From Acidobacteriota bacterium (GTDB lineage Bacteria; Acidobacteriota; Terriglobia; Terriglobales; SCQP01): a DNA stretch of 64,000 bases. The DNA is taken from the NCBI GenBank assembly GCA_021789895.1, contig JAJYIU010000012.1:33216-97215 (forward strand), given 5' to 3'. Below are positions 28,749 through 34,852 of the stretch, piece by piece (the first letter of the stretch is position 1; each line of letters opens with the position of its first letter). Both the position numbers and the translations under genes were made by a program. The notes under the pieces were generated by a model. The model saw only the letters and a program-made list of their open reading frames with translations. It searched no databases and was not told where the DNA came from.

Positions 28749-29749
28749 GCCGTGACAGCCAGAATCTGGTGACGCGTTTAGCGGACCTGCATCTGGTCGT
28801 CTGGGGCGATTTTATTGCCGACGAATTCCTGTATGGCGAAATCACCCGCGTCTCGCGCGAAGCCCCGGTATTGATCCTCAAACACCGCGACCACGCCCTG
28901 GTGCCGGGCGGCGGCGCCAATACCGCCGCCAATCTTGCCGCCCTGGGCGCCAGCGTGAGCCTGGTCGGAGTGATTGGCGACGACGAAGCCGGCGCCGAAT
29001 TGATGCGGCAGTTTGCCGCGCTGCGCATGAACATCAGCGGGGTCTTGCGCGTGCGCCAGCGGCAGACCCCGACCAAGACCCGCATTCTGGCCGGCCATGC
29101 CCATACCGCCCGCCAGCAGGTCATCCGGCTCGATCGCGAACCGGCGCCGCTGGAATCGCCGGCCCTGCGCCGCCGGCTGCTGGCGAATGTGGCGCGTCTG
29201 GCGCGCCGCAGCCACGGCTTGCTGCTTTGCGATTATGGCTATGGCTCCGTCTGGCCGGCCGGCTGGCAGAGCTTGCGGCCGCAGCTTCCGCCGGGGTTGC
29301 CGGTTACGGTGGATGCCCGCGCTGGCGTCACCGCATATGCCGGCGTGGCCGCGGCCACCCCCAACGAAGAAGAAGTCGAGGATCTGTATCATCTTGCTAT
29401 CGGCCACGATGAAATCCGGCTGGAAGAGGCCGGGCGGCGGATGTTGCGCGAGTTGGAGAGTCTGGGCCTGCTCATCACTCGCGGCCGCGATGGGATGGCG
29501 TTGTTTCTACCCGAGCGCCCGACGCTGCATATCCCCATCTTCGGCCAGGACCAGGCAGTGGACGTTACTGGCGCCGGCGATACCGTGATGGCGCTGTTCA
29601 CCGCCGCCCTGGCGGCCGGCGCGGACATGGAAACCGCCACCCGGCTGGCGAACTGCGCCGCCGGACTGGTAGTGATGAAACGCGGCACCGCCACGCTCTC
29701 GCCCGACGAGCTGGCCCCGGCCTGGGCGCAAGCGCAAGCGCAGCCCTAA
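28745..29749 (+). CDS. hldA: PfkB-family sugar kinase, D-glycero-D-manno-heptose 7-phosphate kinase-like
   Basis: REAPVLIL..PGGGANTAANLAALG and VDVTGAGDTVMA (PfkB signature 2). The start overlaps the gmhB stop (ATGA). Context is the heptose pathway. Confidence 0.8.
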   Translation: MSRDSQNLVTRLADLHLVVWGDFIADEFLYGEITRVSREAPVLILKHRDHALVPGGGANTAANLAALGASVSLVGVIGDDEAGAELMRQFAALRMNISGVLRVRQRQTPTKTRILAGHAHTARQQVIRLDREPAPLESPALRRRLLANVARLARRSHGLLLCDYGYGSVWPAGWQSLRPQLPPGLPVTVDARAGVTAYAGVAAATPNEEEVEDLYHLAIGHDEIRLEEAGRRMLRELESLGLLITRGRDGMALFLPERPTLHIPIFGQDQAVDVTGAGDTVMALFTAALAAGADMETATRLANCAAGLVVMKRGTATLSPDELAPAWAQAQAQP

Positions 29750-29848
29750 GCGCAAGCGATCGTTCTTCCCTGCCGCTTTTCCGGCTTGGGTAAGACCGCC
29801 GGCTGGAGGCGGGCCATCGCAGGTTGCCATAGGCGGGCGGCATCGTCC

Positions 29849-30370
29849 ATGATGATGAGACTCATGGGCGAATTCCAAACTACCGCCGGCAAAATCCTTA
29901 GCATGGAGGCGGCGCAGCGGACGATTGCGGCCTGGCGGGCGCGCGGCGAACGCATCGTCATGGCGAACGGCTGCTTCGACCCGCTCCACGTCGGGCACGC
30001 CCGCTATCTGGACGGCGCCCGCGAGCTTGGCGACCGCCTCGTGGTCGCCGTCAACGACGATGCCGGCACGGCGGCACTGAAAGGGCCGGGGCGGCCGGTG
30101 ATGCCGGCCGCCGACCGCGCGCGCTTGCTGGCCGCGCTGCGCGCCGTGGACGCGGTGGTCGTTTTTTCCGGGACCAATGTCAACCATCTGCTCGAAACCC
30201 TGCGTCCCGACATTCATGCCAAGGGCACCGATTACACTCCGCAAAGCGTGCCCGAGCGGGCGCTGGCCGAACAGTTGGGAATCCGGATAGCGATCACCGG
30301 CGACCCGAAACAGCATGCCAGCACCGACTTACTGGAGCGCTTACGGCGCCGCCCGGAAGGTATGGAATAG
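29849..30370 (+). CDS. hldC: D-glycero-D-manno-heptose 1-phosphate adenylyltransferase (cytidylyltransferase fold)
   Basis: NGCFDPLHVGHARYL (an HxGH-type motif) and VAVNDD...KGPGRP. The start is one of the ATGs at 29849-29864. Confidence 0.8.
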   Translation: MMMRLMGEFQTTAGKILSMEAAQRTIAAWRARGERIVMANGCFDPLHVGHARYLDGARELGDRLVVAVNDDAGTAALKGPGRPVMPAADRARLLAALRAVDAVVVFSGTNVNHLLETLRPDIHAKGTDYTPQSVPERALAEQLGIRIAITGDPKQHASTDLLERLRRRPEGME

Positions 30371-30374
30371 CCGC

Positions 30375-31349
30375 ATGGGCGAGCGCGTGTTGATCTTGAA
30401 GTTGAGCAGTCTGGGCGACATCGTGCATGCCTTGCCGGTAGCGGCGGGATTGCGCGCCGCCTGCCCGCGGGCCGAATTGGCATGGGCGGTGGGCCAGCGC
30501 TGGCTGCCGCTGGTGGAACACCATCCGGCGCTGGACAGGGTTATTCCACTGCACGGGGCGCGCTGGAGCGCAGTCCGGGAGTACCGGCCCGACGTCGCGC
30601 TCGATTTGCAAGGCAATCTCAAATCCGCCCTGCTGGGCTTTTATAGCGGAGCGCGCCGGCGCATCGGCCTGGATTCGCCCTGGCTGCGCGAGCATGCCGC
30701 CGCCTGGTTCTATACCCGGCGCGTACGGCCGCAAGCCATTCACATCACCGGCCAGTTGCTGGAGCTGGCCGGCGAGTTGGGAGCGATTCCGCCGCAGCCG
30801 GCTTTTTCCCTGCCGATTCCCGAAACCATCACGAAGCAGACACACGCCTGGCGGGTCCAAAACTGCCCGCGGCCGGCCGCCTTCCTGCTCCCCGGCGGCG
30901 GCTGGGAATCCAAGCTCTGGCCGGCGGAGCGCTATCGCGAACTGGCCTCATGGCTCGAACACGAGCTGGAACTGACCCCGGTGGTCAATCATGGGCCCCA
31001 CGACCGTCTGTTTGAGCAAGCCGGCATCCGTATATTTCAAGGCGGGCTGCTGCCCTTGGCCACGATGTTGCAGCAGGCGCGGCTGGCGGTGGGTGGCGAC
31101 ACCGGTCCGCTGCACCTGGCGGCCGCCCTGGGCACGCCGTCAATCGGCCTGTTCGGCCCTACCGACCCGGCGCGCAACGGACCGCGCGGCGAATTCGTGC
31201 GCATCCTCTATAAAGGCCGCAAGCGGAATTCCCGCCACGGCCGCTATGCGCGCGGCCGCATCACCTCGCCCGAGTTGCTGGCCATCAGCACGGAAGAGGT
31301 CGCCGCCACCTGCGCCGAACTGCTGGCAACGGCGCCGCAAATCGCATGA
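30375..31349 (+). CDS. glycosyltransferase family 9 (LPS heptosyltransferase)
   Basis: MGERVLILKLSSLGDIVHALP and GGDTGPLHLAAALGTPSIGLFGPTDP are GT9 hallmarks. I cannot tell whether it is type I or type II. Confidence 0.85.
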   Translation: MGERVLILKLSSLGDIVHALPVAAGLRAACPRAELAWAVGQRWLPLVEHHPALDRVIPLHGARWSAVREYRPDVALDLQGNLKSALLGFYSGARRRIGLDSPWLREHAAAWFYTRRVRPQAIHITGQLLELAGELGAIPPQPAFSLPIPETITKQTHAWRVQNCPRPAAFLLPGGGWESKLWPAERYRELASWLEHELELTPVVNHGPHDRLFEQAGIRIFQGGLLPLATMLQQARLAVGGDTGPLHLAAALGTPSIGLFGPTDPARNGPRGEFVRILYKGRKRNSRHGRYARGRITSPELLAISTEEVAATCAELLATAPQIA

Positions 31350-31900
31350 GCGGCTGGAATCCAGCGCGTTGGCGGGTGCCGCTGGGCTTCGCGCTGGCGG
31401 CGGTGTTTCTGCTGCGCGCCCGTCCCGATGCTCGCAGCCTGGCTTGGGGCCTGCCGCTGGCCTTCTGCGGGCTCGCGCTGCGCGCCCTGGCCGCCGGATA
31501 CATCGAGAAGAATGCGGCTCTCACCACCAGCGGCCCATATCGCCGGATGCGCAACCCGCTTTACCTGGGCAGCTTGCTGCTGGCCGCCGGATTCCTGTTG
31601 GCGGCGCGCGATTGGGTGACCGCACTGCTGGCGGCGGCCTTGCTGATCGGGGTGTACCTGCCCGTTATACGGCGCGAAGAACGCTATCTGCAAGAACGCT
31701 TTGGCGAACAATTCACCATGTATGCCCGCGCCGTACCCCGCTTCTGGCCCAGGCTGGCGCGGCAAGATTTTTCTCCCCGCCAAGCCACCGCCTTTTCCTG
31801 GAGCCGTTACTTTCGCCATCGCGAGTACAATGCCCTAATGGGCTACCTGCTGGTCGGCGCAGCCCTGATGTTCAAGTTGTGGTGGAGGGTCCACGGCTAA
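31346..31900 (+). CDS. isoprenylcysteine carboxyl methyltransferase (ICMT/PEMT) family membrane methyltransferase
   Basis: GPYRRMRNPLYLGSLLLAAGF plus multiple TM segments. ATG 31346 overlaps the GT9 stop (ATGA). Confidence 0.8.
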   Translation: MSGWNPARWRVPLGFALAAVFLLRARPDARSLAWGLPLAFCGLALRALAAGYIEKNAALTTSGPYRRMRNPLYLGSLLLAAGFLLAARDWVTALLAAALLIGVYLPVIRREERYLQERFGEQFTMYARAVPRFWPRLARQDFSPRQATAFSWSRYFRHREYNALMGYLLVGAALMFKLWWRVHG

Positions 31901-32050
31901 TACAGCCGGGGGCCGGGCATGAAGGCGCAGTGCGATTGACTCGACTCACCCCGGAGCAATTTCCGCAATTGCCCGCGGCGCGCGTCCCCAGGCGGACAGC
32001 GCGGGAAGAGCGAAGATACGATCCGTGCCGCATGCCCCGATCGAAGGCTG

Positions 32051-32920
32051 GTGCAAGGCAGTGCCGTTCCCGGCAAGTCCAGGGATACGGCCGCTTTGCC
32101 CGGGAGCGAGCGCTTGAAGCAAGCCTTGCCACCTCGAGTTGCATTTGCGGCGGCGGCCATGCTGTTGCTGTGGCCGCACATGCCGTCATCGGCCCACCGC
32201 CAACTGGCCGCGGCCGCACCGCCAGTTGCGCCCGCGCCGGCGAAAATTCCTGCCGGCGAGCGGTTATATTATTCCGCCACCTGGCGCTTGTGGCCGGCCG
32301 GCAATGCCCTGCTCACCCTCGGCAGCCGGGGCAAAATGCGCGATATTACCTTTTCGGCCGCCTCGGCCGGCGTAGTCTCAGTGCTGTTTCCGGTCCGCGA
32401 CCAGATCGAATCTACCTATAATCCCGAAGATTTCTGCACTCACAGGGTCTGGAAAGATACGCTCGAGGGGCGGCGCAAGCTGCGCACCCGCATCGTTTAC
32501 CAACAACATCGCCGCCGGCTCATCCTCGATGAGACCAATCTCAGCGGCAAACGCCCGCAGCATAAGCACGCGCAGATGCCCATTTCCGGCTGCGTGCTCG
32601 ACTTGTTTTCAGCCTTGTATTATGTCCGCAGCCTGCCGCTGAAGATCAATGAAGTCTATAACTTTCCAGTGAATGAAGGCGGCCGGACGGTGGAAGTGCG
32701 GCTGATTCCTGACTTGAAGGAAACGGTTATCACGCCGGCGGGTACGTTTCATACCATCCGGGCCGTGCCTCATATTTTCAATACGGCGGTTTTTCGGCGT
32801 CCGGGGCAGATGTGGATATGGTTCAGCGATGATGCCCGCCACCTGCCGGTAATGGTCAAGGCGAAGGTGAGCTGGGGAACGATTATTGCCAAACTGACCA
32901 AATACACAGAACCCAAATGA
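32051..32920 (+). CDS. DUF3108-like secreted protein
   Basis: ERLYYSATWRLWPAGNALLTLG and the later beta-rich profile resemble DUF3108. The start is uncertain (ATG 32051, TTG 32114 or ATG 32159). The 3' half has visibly lower GC than neighbouring genes. Confidence 0.65.
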   Translation: MQGSAVPGKSRDTAALPGSERLKQALPPRVAFAAAAMLLLWPHMPSSAHRQLAAAAPPVAPAPAKIPAGERLYYSATWRLWPAGNALLTLGSRGKMRDITFSAASAGVVSVLFPVRDQIESTYNPEDFCTHRVWKDTLEGRRKLRTRIVYQQHRRRLILDETNLSGKRPQHKHAQMPISGCVLDLFSALYYVRSLPLKINEVYNFPVNEGGRTVEVRLIPDLKETVITPAGTFHTIRAVPHIFNTAVFRRPGQMWIWFSDDARHLPVMVKAKVSWGTIIAKLTKYTEPK

Positions 32921-33111
32921 GCCGCAAAGATGACGCCTCTTTGAAAACATGGCCCGTAGCGATAAAACCGGCCTAAATGCACGACGCGCGATATTTAAAT
33001 CTTTAGTTCTTAATGGACCAGGCAAGAAATGAGACACACGGATGCGCCTAATGCAACTGGGTTTCGAGGCTATGTTTTTGTGGCAATGATAGATACAGCG
33101 CCACCGCCGGG

Positions 33112-33123
33112 AAAAAGAGACAC
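33112..33123. repeat. left arm of a 12-bp perfect inverted repeat (AAAAAGAGACAC)
   Basis: Exact reverse complement of 33457-33468. Similarity extends into ATTG / TATTG on the inner side. A third GAGACAC copy lies at 33031-33037. Confidence 0.7.
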
Positions 33124-33164
33124 ATTGGCATTTTAGAAAAACACTTATACAATTTTTTTTATCA

Positions 33165-33232
33165 AAACGGCACCCGCAGCCAAAAATCCGAATTAAACGG
33201 TTTAGTTTCAATCATTTAACCGGGTGCCGTTT
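33165..33232. repeat. 12-bp perfect inverted repeat AAACGGCACCCG / CGGGTGCCGTTT with a 44-nt spacer
   Basis: 33165-33176 is the exact reverse complement of 33221-33232. The spacer contains another AAACGG half-site (33195-33200). Confidence 0.8.
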
Positions 33233-33241
33233 GCTTTAATA

Positions 33242-33274
33242 AAACGGCACCCAAACGGCACCCAAACGGCACCC
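33242..33274. repeat. three perfect head-to-tail copies of the 11-mer AAACGGCACCC
   Basis: Copies at 33242-33252, 33253-33263 and 33264-33274 are identical. It is the same 11-mer as at 33165-33175 and, inverted, at 33222-33232. Confidence 0.9.
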
Positions 33275-33424
33275 AAAAATAGGAGAAAGGAGTGTGCATG
33301 CATTTGACCCGGCCAGGGTTGAGATCATCGGCAGGATGAGACAGAGTGGGACACGCGCAAGCGGACTATAGACGTAGCTGGGCAGTCTAAGCCATTACCA
33401 TTTAAAGGCTTATGCCCTATTAAA

Positions 33425-33442
33425 CGCAGAATGCGCAGAATG
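33425..33442. repeat. tandem duplication CGCAGAATG x2
   Basis: 33425-33433 equals 33434-33442, followed by a partial third copy (CG). Confidence 0.8.
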
Positions 33443-33456
33443 CGGCGCGTGCAATA

Positions 33457-33468
33457 GTGTCTCTTTTT
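33457..33468. repeat. right arm of the 12-bp perfect inverted repeat (GTGTCTCTTTTT)
   Basis: Reverse complement of 33112-33123. Lies 5 nt from the aminotransferase stop codon. Confidence 0.7.
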
Positions 33469-33472
33469 TCGT

Positions 33473-34681
33473 TTATGCGCCGGCGACTTCAGCGGCGACG
33501 CGATCCAGCAGCCGGGAGATTCCGGCCTGGAAATCCGCTTCGGGCGGCAGCAAGCTGAGCACGAGGCAGCCTTCCATCTGGAAATTATAAAAATGGCCAG
33601 GATGAAGATAAACCGCATCGTGCTCGAGCAACCGGCGCGCCCATTCGTCGTCGCGATGCAAGCGAGGCAGCCGCAAGATGGCGTACCAGCCGCCTTCGAT
33701 TGCAAACCGGCTGACGTGCGGGAGGCTGGCCAGGGCGGCGTCGAGGGCGCGCAGGTTGGCGGCCAGGCGGAGGCGAATCTGCGCCTGGATCGCCGGCGCG
33801 GTCTCGAGCAGCGCCGCGGCGGCGTTTTGCACCGGCGCGGAGACGCTTAAGTAGGTATCCAGGATCAATTCCAGGCGGCGGGCGGCGGCCGCAGCCTGAT
33901 CTTGCGGCCCGGCCAGCAGCATCCAGCCAAGCTTCATTTGCGGCAGGGCGGCCACCTTGGAAAGCCCGCTCAGGATGAAGGTGAGCGCGGCAGGATTGGC
34001 GGTGGCGTCGCGCAGCCGGTTGGGGTCGTCGCCCAGGCTGTAATCGAAAAAGACCTCGTCCACGATCAGCGCCAGCCCGTGCCGCGCCGCCCACGCCTGC
34101 AGGCGCGGCCATTCGCCGGCGCGCAGGTACGAGCCGGTGGGATTGTTCGGATTCAGCAGGAGCAGCGCGCGCGATTGCGGCGTCAGCGCGTTTTCCAGAT
34201 CTGTCCAATCCAACTCCCAAGCGGCATCGTAGCGCAGCGCGTAGCCGGCAAGCTCAAGATCGTTCAAGCCGGCCAGCAGGTCAAACAGGGGATAGCCCGG
34301 CTGCGGGGCATGCACCCGAGCGCCAGGATCGGCCAGCAGGCGGAACAGGTGGGAATAGGCTTCGCTGGTGCTGGCGGTCAACCAGATATTCTCCAACGAA
34401 ACTTCGACTCCGCGAGCGAGGTAGTAGGCGCGCACGGCGGCGCGCGCCGCCTCCAGGCCGCGCGGGTCGGCAACATAGGCCAGATTGCGTTGATCTGCCA
34501 GCGCCGCCAGAATGCGCACTTCATCGTAGTGGAAATCGCAGCGGGTGGGGTTTGATTCGGTCAGGTCGAGCAGCCGTCCCTGCGCGCGCAACCGCTCGGC
34601 AGCCTGCGGCAGCGGGCTGATGGACATCTCCCAAAAAGTGCGCCGGGCGAAAGATGGCGGTGGCATTTCCTGGCTTTTCAT
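33473..34681 (-). CDS. PLP-dependent aminotransferase, class I/II
   Basis: The SGLSKVAALPQMKLGW segment contains the PLP-Lys context, and the overall profile is class I. The start is ATG 34681 or 34666 (the track ORF begins at 34789). Confidence 0.8.
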   Translation of the reverse strand: MKSQEMPPPSFARRTFWEMSISPLPQAAERLRAQGRLLDLTESNPTRCDFHYDEVRILAALADQRNLAYVADPRGLEAARAAVRAYYLARGVEVSLENIWLTASTSEAYSHLFRLLADPGARVHAPQPGYPLFDLLAGLNDLELAGYALRYDAAWELDWTDLENALTPQSRALLLLNPNNPTGSYLRAGEWPRLQAWAARHGLALIVDEVFFDYSLGDDPNRLRDATANPAALTFILSGLSKVAALPQMKLGWMLLAGPQDQAAAAARRLELILDTYLSVSAPVQNAAAALLETAPAIQAQIRLRLAANLRALDAALASLPHVSRFAIEGGWYAILRLPRLHRDDEWARRLLEHDAVYLHPGHFYNFQMEGCLVLSLLPPEADFQAGISRLLDRVAAEVAGA

Positions 34682-34852
34682 TCTGCAGCCGCGCAGCCGC
34701 TTTGGGCAAATATAACCGCAAAACCATCCACTCCGCGGAGCGGGCCGGTGGCGGCGCAGCGATCTGCGTTGAAATTTCATGAAAGACAACGAATGGACTG
34801 CACCAAATCCGCCAAAGTGATCATCTAAAAGACAGATAAATATCTTTTTTGC

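Noticed and set aside
30991-32421. 476-aa plus-strand ORF spanning three annotated genes
   Set aside because: It is out of frame with the GT9, ICMT and DUF3108 genes, all of which have family motifs. Its product is Arg/Pro/Ala-rich with no domain.
33242-33274. Possible CRISPR array
   Set aside because: The repeats are only 11 bp, are directly abutting with no spacers, and no cas genes are in the window.
33242-33300. Functional sigma-54 promoter formed by the tandem 11-mers
   Set aside because: The GGCAC-N7-GCA spacing fits, but the conserved T of TGGCAC and the TT of TTGCA are absent. No enhancer-binding-protein gene or plus-strand target gene follows. I kept it only as an alternative hypothesis inside the repeat finding.
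32921-33472. Prophage, IS or integrative element
   Set aside because: The window contains no integrase, transposase or phage ORF, no flanking tRNA, and no target-site duplication. Only the short terminal inverted repeat supports mobility, so I report it as a MITE-like hypothesis rather than as a mobile_element feature.
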